A stretch of 64,000 nucleotides of DNA. It comes from Savitreella phatthalungensis. Its lineage: Eukaryota. The notes beneath the pieces are model-generated. The model did no database searches and was not told where the DNA came from. It saw nothing but the letters and a program-made list of their open reading frames with translations. Shown piece after piece: positions 1-11,535 of the stretch. Each line of letters starts with the position of its first letter. Position 1 is the stretch's first letter. The stretch is taken from positions 124,001 to 188,000 of the forward strand of contig AP039703.1 of NCBI GenBank assembly GCA_051599415.1. Direction: 5' to 3'. The position numbers and the translations under genes are program-made.

Positions 1-280
1 GCAGGCTGAAGAATATCGTGTGCATCCAGCGCGTGGACAGTGGCCATGTATGTGGGTTATTAGGATCGTATTGAATTTGCTTGAGCTTCTCGTCGATGAC
101 GGTGTCAGTGCTTGCAAGGCGCTGCGTCATTCGAATTTTGACATTGTCGTCATCTTCGTTCGCGGGACGCGCACCTGCAGTACGATCAGAGATCGAAGGT
201 GATGGATCACGGATACTGCCAACGATGTCACCCACGGTGGAATCCCGTGAGGCAGTTGGTGGTTCTAGAGGTCTACTCAT
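1..280 (-). CDS. MFS transporter, DHA1 (drug:H+ antiporter) family, N-terminal part; runs off the left edge
   Basis: Not in the ORF track because it has no stop in the window. Manual translation from ATG at 280 gives MSRPLEPPTAS...QIQYDPNNPHTWPLSTRWMHTIFFSL. DPxNPxxWxxxxRW before TM1 is the characteristic DHA1 N-terminal motif. Confidence 0.7.
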   Translation of the reverse strand, partial: MSRPLEPPTASRDSTVGDIVGSIRDPSPSISDRTAGARPANEDDDNVKIRMTQRLASTDTVIDEKLKQIQYDPNNPHTWPLSTRWMHTIFFSL

Positions 281-1258
281 GCGCCTTGAGACCGTTGAGG
301 AACGCTGCAGCGCAGCGTAGTGATGTATACAAGCGTCCAGTAGGAAGAAATTCGGCCTCTTGATGGTGTGTGCCTCATGCGATGCTGGTGTCCTCACTGA
401 CAATTGATGACTACAGCATATGCGTGAAGCACAGCTCTCCACAATTATTAACCATAAATCTCATCGGTCAAACCGACCGCGACTTAATTCCGTAGGCGGC
501 GCGCTCGCTCGGCTTTTCTTGAAAATTTTAGCATCGGGATCAGGTCAGGTTGCTCTCTTACTCGATCCAGCTATCTCAGTTCTGTCGTGTTCGGGAACGA
601 GGAAGTGAAGGATGTGCACCACACGGCGCATTCGTGGAGAAGGGGCGGGAGGGCGAAGGAAATTCCGAGCTAAGCTGAAGGAGCTCATTTGAGCAGGTAG
701 AAATACGCACGCCCGCGGGATGCAATGCAGGACAATGACAAAACTATGAAGCGAGCGGAACGACAAATCATCTTGCTTCGCCGACGGTGGATGCATTGTG
801 CAGAGAAAATCGTCAGCGACAGCCAGACGCGTGATGATAGTGACGATTGATATCCTCGTCAGAAGCCATGTAGCCGTTGCACTCCTGCTTCAAACAAGCA
901 ATCTACATGATACGGTGGCAACACTATATTTGAAACATCATGAAAATCTACCTGAAATAGTTCCGCAATAGCCGAATCACGTGCTCGAAGAGAAATCAGA
1001 CATCTGTGGCTGAAGATTTTGTAACTGCTGTGGCGCCATGCACCGGATTCATGGATGGATGCACAGCTGATGCACACTGGTGGAAGTCAGCACGTGAATG
1101 ACGAAGACTGTCAAGAGACGTCACTCGACACTCTTATGCACGGAGATGTGTAAGGACGAGCCTGAGATTGAGTAGCAAAGGCGCGTCTCTACCTTTCCCT
1201 GCCCCTTGAAGCATCTTCAATAAACCATCGTACGTCATGGATCACTAGAGTCTGATCG

Positions 1259-3703
1259 ATGATGTCGCCGAAGCGCACCCTGGACGATGCAACGGGCGAG
1301 CACGCCATTGGAACGCCCGTTCCCCTGGCCAAGCGGCAACGCTCTAGCTTCACGCCCCGAACTGCCGGAGCCGTGTACAAGCCACTGTATAGCACTCCTT
1401 CACAGCTGCTGGCGTCGTCGCGTGGCCCACCGTCTTCCGTTACGTCGACCGCAAGCAGAAGGAGCGCCTTCGAAGCGCTTCCATCAGCGGAATTTACAAG
1501 CTGGGTGGACGATGTAAAGCGACGCGCTTCACAGGCACTCGCCGAGAATGAGCTCGCAGACGAGGAATTTGCGCGGTCGCGATCGATAGCCCAAATGCTT
1601 GAGCAGCGGGAACTTGCCCGGAGCGAGAAACTATTTGCTGAAGCTGAGCGGCACCTTGAGCTGGAGCGAGAGCGTCGGAAGCGTATACAGGAAGATCTCG
1701 ACAAGCAGGTTCAAGAGCAGGAAGACGCTCAGCTCGAAGCTCAACAGCAGATCAGAGCATTCCGTCTCGAGCAGCAACGATTACAAGAAGCGGCAGACAA
1801 GGCTGAGCGCGAAAAGCAGAGACTCTTGTTGGAAGTCGAGCAGGCCGAGCAGGAGAGATTACGTCTTTCTACAATCGCGCAGCAGGAGCAGCAGCGTCTA
1901 GCGGAGGAAAAGCGCCGGCTCGATGAGGAGCGTAAAAGGCTGGAGGCGGAGCGTGTCAAGCTTCAAGCTCGCCGACACGAAACGCTCGCGGTCCTGGACA
2001 CAGTTTCGAAGGCCAAGCAAGGTGGCGCAGAATCGACGCAAGTAGACCATGACACGCAGAACGCACCTTTCTCGCAGCAGGACAGTTCCTTTACCCATCC
2101 CATCGCTCACCACGGTCATCCTCACGACCATGTCGGCAGCACACGTGAGACCAACGTCGAGCCTGCCGGTCATCCAGATGCGTCCACGGCGCTCGACGCG
2201 AAGAGTATCATGCATGGGACAGATGCAGCTTTCAATGTACGTCGGGATATTGACACTGGCGAGATAGTGGCACTGGAAGGCCGAAATGAGGAGATGTCAC
2301 CTGTGAGCAGTGGTGAAGAAGATGTTTTGGCTGAGGAGGCGGCTTATCTCGAAGACGTCGCTTCGCGTCCCCCGGCGACCGATTCGCTTCCCCCGGCGAT
2401 CGACTCAGGGAGTGCCGAAAGATCTGCAGGCTCTCCCTCAACCGGCGGGGTCGACAGTATCGGCCTCGATCAGGAGCGCGACGACTCGTCTGCCGAGATG
2501 TTTGTTGAAGATTTTGACGACGAGGGAGGCGTCTCAAGCGGCCCCACGCGTGATCCAGCTCACAACGTCTTCCTGCAACCAGGCAATAACGATCTCTTCT
2601 CTGAGCGCATGCAACTTGACGCAGGCGAAGACGGTGGCGAAATCGACGAGGCCTTTGACGAACGAGAACATTCTGGCTCGGAAGAGGAAACCGATCCAGC
2701 GCTCAGTGTACAGCAGTTCCATGTATTCGAAGATGAGCCGAGCAAGAGCGAGTCGTCAGAATCATTCGACAATGGTCACGCGGACGAGGACGAGGACCAT
2801 GGTGAAGCAGACGAACAAGCTTCTCTTGCCTTGTGGCGACTGCAACGTGCGCAAGAAGACAGCGCACGACGTAGCATGTCGGCTCGAGAGGCCAGCGACG
2901 AAGAAGGGCAATCTGGAAGTCTGTCGGAAGCTGGCAGTGAAGGCAAGGACGACGACGACGACGACGACGACGACGAAGAGGACAACAGCGACTCTGATGG
3001 ACAATCTGCCAGCGAGAGCGACACCCTTGCTGCAGAGATACGACGTCGTTATGCAGCCCACAGGGCTGAGCTTGCTAGAATCGCACAGACCCAGGATCAC
3101 TACGGCAGCGGAGATGAATCTTCCTACGACGAAGATGATGACGATGATGAGCAGGCAGAATACAGTGATGAAGACGACGATTCTCAACCAAGAGCTACTC
3201 CCCTACGTGGATTACCGGAGACCACCGAAGACACGCCTATCGAAATCGATAGCGAATCTGAAGGCTCTGGAGACGACGAAAACGAGGAGGACGACCTGGA
3301 GGAGGAAGATGAGGATGAGGAGTCGGATGAAGAAGAGCAGCAGGATGACGCAGAGGAAGAAGCAAAGGGGCTTCAGAGTGAAGACAGTAGGCGCGAAGAC
3401 AACAATGACGCTGATGCCGATTCGTCCAGCCACGACGAAGAGGCCATTGAGAATGTCGACTATCTTGATGAAGCGCGTGATATGGTCCCAGCGTTGACCC
3501 CCGCGAAGCATACCAGCACCCCTCCACCATCGCAAAGGCCCAGAGGCAGATCGACCGGCTCTCAAACGAGCGCGACAAATAGTCCCGCTCGCCGGCAAAC
3601 GAGATCTGTGTCGCGAGAAGAGAGGGCATCCTCCACCCACGTGCTTCGCGATGGCAAAGCCTGGGTTGACAGTGCTTTGCCGACAGTAGACGAGCGATCC
3701 TGA
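1259..3703 (+). CDS. Hypothetical 814-aa protein: N-terminal NLS-like segment, coiled coil, long acidic disordered region
   Basis: Long ATG-initiated ORF; E/Q/R-rich heptad region (about aa 85-240) and D/E-rich tracts; no family recognised. Confidence 0.75.
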   Translation: MMSPKRTLDDATGEHAIGTPVPLAKRQRSSFTPRTAGAVYKPLYSTPSQLLASSRGPPSSVTSTASRRSAFEALPSAEFTSWVDDVKRRASQALAENELADEEFARSRSIAQMLEQRELARSEKLFAEAERHLELERERRKRIQEDLDKQVQEQEDAQLEAQQQIRAFRLEQQRLQEAADKAEREKQRLLLEVEQAEQERLRLSTIAQQEQQRLAEEKRRLDEERKRLEAERVKLQARRHETLAVLDTVSKAKQGGAESTQVDHDTQNAPFSQQDSSFTHPIAHHGHPHDHVGSTRETNVEPAGHPDASTALDAKSIMHGTDAAFNVRRDIDTGEIVALEGRNEEMSPVSSGEEDVLAEEAAYLEDVASRPPATDSLPPAIDSGSAERSAGSPSTGGVDSIGLDQERDDSSAEMFVEDFDDEGGVSSGPTRDPAHNVFLQPGNNDLFSERMQLDAGEDGGEIDEAFDEREHSGSEEETDPALSVQQFHVFEDEPSKSESSESFDNGHADEDEDHGEADEQASLALWRLQRAQEDSARRSMSAREASDEEGQSGSLSEAGSEGKDDDDDDDDDEEDNSDSDGQSASESDTLAAEIRRRYAAHRAELARIAQTQDHYGSGDESSYDEDDDDDEQAEYSDEDDDSQPRATPLRGLPETTEDTPIEIDSESEGSGDDENEEDDLEEEDEDEESDEEEQQDDAEEEAKGLQSEDSRREDNNDADADSSSHDEEAIENVDYLDEARDMVPALTPAKHTSTPPPSQRPRGRSTGSQTSATNSPARRQTRSVSREERASSTHVLRDGKAWVDSALPTVDERS

Positions 3704-3728
3704 AACACTTCCTTCGCAACGGCTGTCC

Positions 3729-4382
3729 TCAGATCAGACCGGCACGAAGCGACCACACAAACGACGAGAACAATGTCGATAGTGCATCGAGCTCTTCCGA
3801 AGGTCGCCAAGTCGGCGGCTCAAATGTCGCAGCTGCAGGAAGCGACGCATTTCCTTCCCACAGCGCCTCTCCGGTAACCGAGTCTGACGCCCTACGCGAG
3901 TCGATTTCTGAGCGCGACCCGGACGCCATTATAACTCTATCGGCTGGCCTGATGAATGGCAGCTGAGGCGGGCCAGGTAACGAAGGATTTGTCGGGGGAC
4001 TGGCTCTCTTGAAGATCCGCACTGGTGGTAATTTCTTCTGTATCGCTTGTCGATCCCCGGCGTCGCCAACACTTGCAATGGCCGTGTCGCCCCCCAAACC
4101 CCTGCTGCCGCTGTGTCCAAGCGCCTCGATCGCCGCTCGCTCATGCAGCTTCTCCACCTCAGCGCGCGCCCGCTGCGCCTCCGCCAAGATACATCGCCTC
4201 TCTCGATCATCAGTCACGCTGACCAATCGTCGAGCCGTCGTCGACGAGATCCTACTCAACTGCTTCTCCAGCACACGCCTGTTCAGGAGCGCCCGTTCAG
4301 CATGGTCCACCCCGCTGTCAAGCAGCGGCATGTAATTCGACCGATACCGCACAAAAGCTTGCTCCTGTTGCTGCTGCTGCAT
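3729..4382 (-). CDS. Hypothetical 217-aa protein with an N-terminal helical region
   Basis: ATG-initiated ORF ending 25 bp from the stop of the convergent neighbour; protein-like composition; no family recognised. Confidence 0.5.
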   Translation of the reverse strand: MQQQQQEQAFVRYRSNYMPLLDSGVDHAERALLNRRVLEKQLSRISSTTARRLVSVTDDRERRCILAEAQRARAEVEKLHERAAIEALGHSGSRGLGGDTAIASVGDAGDRQAIQKKLPPVRIFKRASPPTNPSLPGPPQLPFIRPADRVIMASGSRSEIDSRRASDSVTGEALWEGNASLPAAATFEPPTWRPSEELDALSTLFSSFVWSLRAGLI

Positions 4383-5645
4383 GACACCGTGATGCTATGA
4401 CCGTAGCACGGTATGCATGCCTTCTAGTCGCCGACGCTGCGCTGTGCAGGACCATCACAACTATCATAAGACCCGCCTGTGCTGCGAAGAGAGGTATACA
4501 CTCGATATATCTGGAGCACGCGGCTTCGCGTGTGGCAAACAGAATTGCTACCGGCTCGTCTCCAAATTGCAGTCAAAAGCATCCATCACCCAGAATAACA
4601 ATCGCATGTATCAATACATATACTCATTCCTATCTGTGCAACTGTCGTCTCCCGCCTTGTAGACTCGCCGCGGAATTAGGTTGTCTTGAGTGATTCCTCG
4701 ACTCGTGACAGAAGCGGCGAGCTCCGTTAGGGAGACCTGTCTTGCTCCTCTGCTTGCTCATCGCTTTGCTAGCCACTTGCGTCCATGCACGCCTATACGT
4801 GCCTACCCCACAACCTCCGATCCCACGCTCAAGGGTAACTCCCTTACCTCCAAAGGAGGCCGGGGCTCTGCAACGAAGGGGGAATACAAGCCATGAAAGC
4901 AAACGAAACCAAGTAAAACAACAAAACGCTCAATCTTGCGCTGGTGCCGAAATCCTCTATACTCGAGGCCTCCATCACTCTGCACCGAGCCATCATCAAA
5001 AGCAGCTCCTAGAAGCGTCTTAGGCACAGGCGGAGATGGTGTAACCTTGCGCTTGCCACTACTTTACACGACAGTCTTGCGCCAGACATCACCGCTCCCC
5101 TGTCCCGACCGCGAAACCAGCCGATACGGGAGCTGCGGTCATGTCAGGCGAGACCCCGTGCACAATCAAGCAGTAGATGTCCTGAAGATGTGATGACGAG
5201 TCTAATGATGTGCAGACATAACACAGGATACCAGAACGTGCATGTCGGTGTGTGAGTAAGAGCACAGTACAGAATTACTGTGGCTGACGCCACAAATTCA
5301 TCACTGTCTGTCCTTCACTGGCTGAGAGGTACACATTCACACATATTCAGGTCGACGCGCCATCAACATAGCAGTGCACACCGCACAGACATTACTATCA
5401 ACAATTGACCTCTTAGAGCTCTTTGCTCCAGGACCGCACGAAGAGTAGCTCGGAAGTGCTGATTGTATCAGTCAAGTAGCACAAAGCACGCAGGCAGAAC
5501 GCTGCGCCGACGGAGAACGTTCACACGTGAGATCACGCCTAAAGGAACGGACACAGGGTTACCGCCAATCTTAAAGGCACACTACAGTTTTCCAAATACA
5601 AAAGCGATCGGAGGAGACCCGAAAGCATCTATACAGCCGAAGAAA

Positions 5646-6278
5646 ATGAGTCGACAGCTAGACAACGACGAGCCTGTCTCTGCATTCGGTGTCACGCCTG
5701 GATCTGGAGCTAACGGGACGACGCAGGCTGACGAGATGATGGGGACTGGTGATGGGAGTGAGGATGCATCAGGCCAGGCTGAGATTGAGCGGATGAAGGC
5801 TCACGTTGCGGAGATGGAGGCTGAGGCGGAGAAGCTTCGCGCGATGCACAAGGAGCTGGAAGAGGAAAGTGCTGCGCTTGTGGAGTCGAAAGAGGACGTG
5901 GACGCACGATCGGTGTACGTTGGCAACGTCGACTACTCCTCAACCCCAGAGGAACTTCAAGCACACTTCGCAACCTGCGGACAGATCAACAGAATCACAA
6001 TCCTCTGCGACAAATTCACAGGACATCCAAAGGGATTCGCATACGTCGAATTCGCTGAACCACAAGCAGTCCCAAACGCCCTAGTCCTCAACCAGTCCAT
6101 GTTCAAGGACAGGGAACTCAAGGTCACGCCAAAGCGAACAAATCTGCCCTTCATGAACGCAAGGGGTAGAGGCAGGGGCAGAGGCAGAGGTCGTGGTGGA
6201 TTCCGTGGACGAGGTGGGTATAGAGGAGGATTCAGAGGTCGTGGTGGAGGTGGCGCTGGTGCAGGTCAGCCGTACTAG
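5646..6278 (+). CDS. pab2: Nuclear poly(A)-binding protein (Pab2/PABPN1)
   Basis: Coiled coil ([20 protein letters not shown]), single RRM ([17 protein letters not shown]), KRTN and an RGG tail. Start taken at ATG 5646. Confidence 0.93.
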   Translation: MSRQLDNDEPVSAFGVTPGSGANGTTQADEMMGTGDGSEDASGQAEIERMKAHVAEMEAEAEKLRAMHKELEEESAALVESKEDVDARSVYVGNVDYSSTPEELQAHFATCGQINRITILCDKFTGHPKGFAYVEFAEPQAVPNALVLNQSMFKDRELKVTPKRTNLPFMNARGRGRGRGRGRGGFRGRGGYRGGFRGRGGGGAGAGQPY

Positions 6279-8559
6279 GTAGCGGGCTCCAGACCGGCAA
6301 GTCTCCTGGCATGCGGGTTATTGGCATGCGGTGGGGGCAATATCGGTTCATAGGACTGCATGTATGATAGAAAGCTTCTATTCGATGTATGGAGAGGACG
6401 TCTATTGCCACTACTATATTGACTCGGTGGAGCGCTGACTCCAACTACAGCGGCTATCTATCACCACAGATCAAGCTTTGCGATGTACAGCCTGTAGGTC
6501 AATTCGATTCAGATCGCAGCTGGTGATGGCTATCCAATCACGCAGATGCACAGATGATGTCGAGCTTGAGAGAAAATGGAGGGAGAGGCGACTGATGGAT
6601 GCCGTGCTGCGCAAGAGCCTTGGTGGCTTCATCCAGGGCCAGCTCGCGCACGGAACGCTAACAAGATCTGACCTACTCACATGGGGCCAGCAGCCCGTGC
6701 ACGAGTTTCGTGGGTACCACAAAGACATAACAAATTCGGAAAACTCGATTGGAGGTGTCTACATGTACCTGGCAAAGGTCGCACACAAGGTATTATTCCA
6801 ATCTAAGAGATCTGTGCTTGCGTTGCTCGTATGCTTGGATGCTCAATTTGGTGAGAAGCTTTTGGACATACAACAAGGACGGGATAACACTGCCTGATCC
6901 CGATCAAGAATAGCATCACCTGCCATGTTTTCACATCTGTCAAGAGATAGAACAGATTGCCTGTGATGTGGAAACCGCGGGAGTAGCTCACAGGGAAACT
7001 TTGGGCTCTACTTGGGGGATGGAAGATGCTATATAGCACGCTGATTCGGAAGCCATACGGGAGTGGCAAGGACACCCAAATGAGTTTCCGGGTCATTGAA
7101 TGAATGAATGAATGAACGAATGAACGAATGCAATAGGAGTCTCTAGAATGATATCATTCAGGAGAGAATGCACCATCAGAGACAAAAAACGAACAGTGGA
7201 ACCCATTCAACTGGCAAGAGCAAGCGAGATGGGAAGCTAAGAATAGAACCCCCTCCCTAATACAGCCGGAAATTTCTGCAACAGCTACAATACATTGGAT
7301 ATAAATTTTATATGTTGTAAAATCAGCCAGGTATGGTATCAAATATATCATACAACGATCTAAATTCACAAGACTGAGTCACCAAGCTCTCATTCTAGTC
7401 GTTCTCCGTCATCCACCATGCATCCACCGTACGCCGTGCATCAATCTCAAAATGTGCATTCGAAATGAATTCACCTGAAAATACCTGACAGAACACAATT
7501 CATACAACAGTACCAGTATTGATATTTGGGCTCCTCTGCTGTCTTTAGCTCTCGAAAGAAGCTTTAGAATACTCTACTAATTCACTCTACTCCGCTTCTA
7601 ACGAAATCACCGATCTGCCTTAATCCTAGACCACACGAATCGGATGACGCTTCTGGCAGGCAGGAGCATCATTCACCATGCATCCGTCCGTTCATCCATT
7701 CATCCATGCCCATATGTAAGTTTACACATATTACAATGAGAGCCGCAGCCAAGTTTAATGATTCATCACCATTGAACTAGCTGCTCTTGCTCATAATACT
7801 CTCTCACTATACCCAATATAATTAATGAATTCTGGTAGAAACACCTACTGTACTTACACACCCCCATATCCATCTGTCATCACCTCTCTCCCTTTCTCTC
7901 TGTCTCTCTCTCTTTCTCTCTCATTCATCTCATCTGTCACTACTCATACATTCACCTAGATCATACCTACCTCATACTATACACACCACACACTTACACA
8001 CTTACACACTCAATCACTCACTCACTCATCCATCACCTCTGCGCATACCATCTCAATCTTCCATCTCCCTCTCTATCCTCCACACAGCCAGTCAATCTCC
8101 ACAAAAAACCGAGACCTAGATCTTTCAAACGCGTCTGGTCAATTCCTCTGCTCTTCTCTACTCTATTCCTCACCTTTCGTCCAGCTGCAAAGACTTCTTC
8201 CTTGAGAGAAAGGAGATCACACAGAAAGCGAGAGTGATCAAGTGCGTGACAGACCCTTCAACAATTGCCTAGCTTGCAGGTGACGTGACCTGACTTGCGT
8301 CAACGACACACGCGCCCATCACACATCCCGCTGAGAATCGATACAGCTGCGCAACACTTCACGTCATCCATACCTCGATTCGCATCTTGCTCACGCCTCG
8401 CTCTCGGCATAGCTCATTTTGGTTCTAGGCTCAATCTGTATCGCTTCTTTCAGGACTAGACCTTCACATAAGTTGACCAGGCTGCAATCACGGCTCACGC
8501 GACTTCCTGAGCTTTGAGCAAGACAGCTCATCTACAGAACCTCTGCTTCCTCTTTCAAA

Positions 8560-11022
8560 ATGGCGACAGACACACGCAAGATCCGTCTCACAGTCATCGC
8601 TGCTGATGGACTTTACAAGCGTGATCTCCTTAGATTCCCAGATCCATTCGCCGTTGTCACCGTCGACGGAGAGCAGACACACACCACTTCCGTCATCAAA
8701 AAGACAGTCAATCCTTACTGGAACGAATCCTTCGAGATCAACGTCAAGGAGTCCTCCATCATCGCAGTCCAGATCTTTGACCAGAAAAAGTTCAAGAAGA
8801 AAGATCAAGGATTTCTTGGCGTCATCAATCTCAGAGTCGGGGATGCTCTAGATCTCTCGCTCGGCGGCGATGAGATGCTCACAAGAGATCTTAAGCGCTC
8901 AGCAGACAACATCGTCGTCCATGGAAAGCTCATTGTCAATCTCTCGACCTCAATTCACACACCAGCGCGCAATGGCGCAGCAAATGGCACGAACTCGAAC
9001 AGCCAGTCCGCTGTAGGCCTCAGTAGTATGGGCTCCATCGGCGGCGCGCTTCCCAATGGCAGTGATCGTCGTGACTCTGCGGTACCACCTGCTGCAGGTG
9101 CTCCGGCAGGCAACGGCGGTCCGCCTGCTCCGTCAGCGGCGAACACTGGTGCTGGCGCTGGCGCTGGGGCCGGCGCAAGCGGCACTGGTGGTGGTCAGGG
9201 ATACAGCTCATTTGAGGACCATCTCGGAAGACTGCCGACCGGTTGGGAACGTCGGACGGACAACCTCGGCCGTACTTATTACGTTGATCACAATACACGC
9301 ACCACCACCTGGACGCGTCCTTCCAGCAATGTCGCCGAATCAGAGCGTACTGCACAGGCCAACAACGTCACAGATATCGAGCGACAACGGCTCAACTCTC
9401 GCACACTACCAGAGGAGCGCGTAACAGGCTCCCCTGCACCAGGCACTGACGCAGCAGCAGCAGTGGCAGCAGCAAATACAGGCGCATCTGCAGGTGGCAC
9501 AGCAGCAGCCGCACCAGGATCCAACAACGCCAACAACATGGCTTCCATGGGCAACGTCACAACAGCCGGGTCCGGAGAAATGCCAGCAGGTTGGGAGCAA
9601 CGCTACACGCCCGAAGGGCGTGTCTACTTCGTGGACCACAATACACGCACGACCACGTGGGTGGACCCGCGCAGGCAGCAGTACATTCGCATGTACGGTC
9701 AAAATGCGGGATCGAACGGCACTGTCCAGCAGCAGCCCGTCTCGCAGCTCGGACCACTTCCGAGTGGTTGGGAAATGCGCTTGACCAACACTGCTCGCGT
9801 CTACTTCGTCGACCACAATACGAAGACAACAACCTGGGACGACCCGAGACTACCGTCGTCACTCGACCAGAACGTGCCGCAGTACAAGCGCGACTTCCGC
9901 CGAAAGCTCATCTATTTCCGTTCGCAGCCGGCACTCCGACCCCTGCCCGGTCAGTGTCACATCAAGATCCGCCGTGATCACATCTTCGAGGACTCGTATG
10001 CAGAGATCATGCGTCAGAGCTCGAGCGATCTGAAGAAGCGGTTGATGATCAAATTCGAAGGTGAAGATGGTCTTGACTACGGAGGTCTTTCTCGTGAGTT
10101 CTTTTTCCTCCTCTCGCACGAAATGTTCAACCCTTTCTACTGTCTGTTCGAGTACTCGGCCGTCGACAATTACACACTTCAAATGAACCCACATTCGGGC
10201 ATCAATCCAGAACATCTGAACTATTTCAAGTTCATCGGCCGCGTTATCGGACTCGCCATCTTCCACCGCAGGTTCGTCGATGCCTTCTTCGTTGTCTCGT
10301 TCTACAAGATGGTGCTGGCGAAGAAATGCACCACGGCCGACATGGAGTCAATCGATGCAGAATTCTACCGGTCGCTCGTCTGGATTTTGGAAAACCCGAT
10401 CGACGGCGTCCTCGATCTCACCTTCTCGACAGAAGACGATCGCTTTGGAGAGGTTGTCTCACTCGACCTGAAGCCTGGAGGCAGCGAGATCGAGGTAACA
10501 GACGAGAACAAAAAGGAGTACGTGGAGCTTGTGACAGAATGGCGTATCCAGAAGCGAATCGAGGAACAGTTCAACGCGTTCAAGTCCGGTTTCAACGAGC
10601 TCATCCCTCAGGAGCTCGTGACTGTTTTTGACGAGCGCGAGCTCGAACTCCTGATTGGCGGTATTGCAGATATGGATGTGGATGACTGGAAGAAGCACAC
10701 CGACTACCGTGGCTACACAGAGTCCGACGAAGTCGTCCAGATGTTCTTCAAGCTCATCTCCTCGTGGGACAACGAGAAGCGTGCTCGACTTCTGCAATTT
10801 GCCACTGGCACTTCACGTATTCCTATCGGAGGTTTCAAAGACCTTCAAGGATCGGACGGTCCTCGTCGATTCACGATCGAGCGCGCAGGAGAAATCACTC
10901 AGCTACCAAAGGCTCACACCTGTTTCAATCGAATCGACCTGCCACCATACACGTCGTACGAAGAGCTCGAAAAGAAGCTCACGTACTCAGTTGACGAGAC
11001 GATGGGTTTCGGTCAGGAGTAA
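8560..11022 (+). CDS. RSP5: NEDD4-family HECT E3 ubiquitin ligase (Rsp5/Pub1)
   Basis: C2 domain, three WW domains ([24 protein letters not shown]) and a HECT domain with catalytic [11 protein letters not shown], ending GFGQE; intronless. Confidence 0.98.
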   Translation: MATDTRKIRLTVIAADGLYKRDLLRFPDPFAVVTVDGEQTHTTSVIKKTVNPYWNESFEINVKESSIIAVQIFDQKKFKKKDQGFLGVINLRVGDALDLSLGGDEMLTRDLKRSADNIVVHGKLIVNLSTSIHTPARNGAANGTNSNSQSAVGLSSMGSIGGALPNGSDRRDSAVPPAAGAPAGNGGPPAPSAANTGAGAGAGAGASGTGGGQGYSSFEDHLGRLPTGWERRTDNLGRTYYVDHNTRTTTWTRPSSNVAESERTAQANNVTDIERQRLNSRTLPEERVTGSPAPGTDAAAAVAAANTGASAGGTAAAAPGSNNANNMASMGNVTTAGSGEMPAGWEQRYTPEGRVYFVDHNTRTTTWVDPRRQQYIRMYGQNAGSNGTVQQQPVSQLGPLPSGWEMRLTNTARVYFVDHNTKTTTWDDPRLPSSLDQNVPQYKRDFRRKLIYFRSQPALRPLPGQCHIKIRRDHIFEDSYAEIMRQSSSDLKKRLMIKFEGEDGLDYGGLSREFFFLLSHEMFNPFYCLFEYSAVDNYTLQMNPHSGINPEHLNYFKFIGRVIGLAIFHRRFVDAFFVVSFYKMVLAKKCTTADMESIDAEFYRSLVWILENPIDGVLDLTFSTEDDRFGEVVSLDLKPGGSEIEVTDENKKEYVELVTEWRIQKRIEEQFNAFKSGFNELIPQELVTVFDERELELLIGGIADMDVDDWKKHTDYRGYTESDEVVQMFFKLISSWDNEKRARLLQFATGTSRIPIGGFKDLQGSDGPRRFTIERAGEITQLPKAHTCFNRIDLPPYTSYEELEKKLTYSVDETMGFGQE

Positions 11023-11535
11023 GTCTGGGCATCAAAAGATCACCCACCATTGAACCCAATTCAAAATCCAGTTCTTGTAACTTGCACAGCACAAAGCCGA
11101 AGTCGAAGCAGTCATCCTCGTTTTCTATTCCACGACCCCGTAGCACAGCACTCTTTCCCTTCACTCACGCACACACGCACGCACACGCACGCACGCACAA
11201 ATACGCATCTGAATCGCTTCTACCACACATTCGTACCTGACCGTTCGATGATCTTTGATTGGCATAGCAGGCTAAGCAAGCAGAGCAGCCCTGGCAATGT
11301 TCATTGTCTTGTCCGAAAGCATGTGCGATCCTGTTCAGAAGCGTGCCTGATAGATCCATGTATTGTAACTCGTGGCAACCTGAAGATGACAAAAATAAAG
11401 CGGATGAACTGTGGAGCCGCCGAAAGATGTGCTCATCCAGAGATTACCACGACCTCGACAGCGTATGGCGGCAGCAGAAGAGCGTCAACGTCCGGAATCA
11501 TCCGCTGCAGAGACCAATCTAGACAAAATGTAGAG

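Noticed and set aside
2310..3497. 395-aa alternative-frame ORF
   Set aside because: Shadow frame of the GAC/GAG-rich acidic CDS.
4742..5023. ORF with a signal-peptide-like N-terminus (LLCLLIALLATCVHA)
   Set aside because: It starts at TTG with no in-frame ATG before the upstream stop, and I found no supportable upstream exon.
5190..5287. Possible box C/D snoRNA (GTGATGA ... CTGA)
   Set aside because: No convincing terminal stem, and only about 8 nt of recalled 18S complementarity; it needs snoscan or Infernal to test.
5463..5645. N-terminal extensions from TTG/GTG starts in the ORF track (also at 11050, 24263, 37559, 39249, 58580)
   Set aside because: These are bacterial-style start calls; the conserved domains begin at downstream ATGs.
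6478..6897. 139-codon ORF between pab2 and RSP5
   Set aside because: No recognisable motif and no consistent splice model; it cannot be supported.
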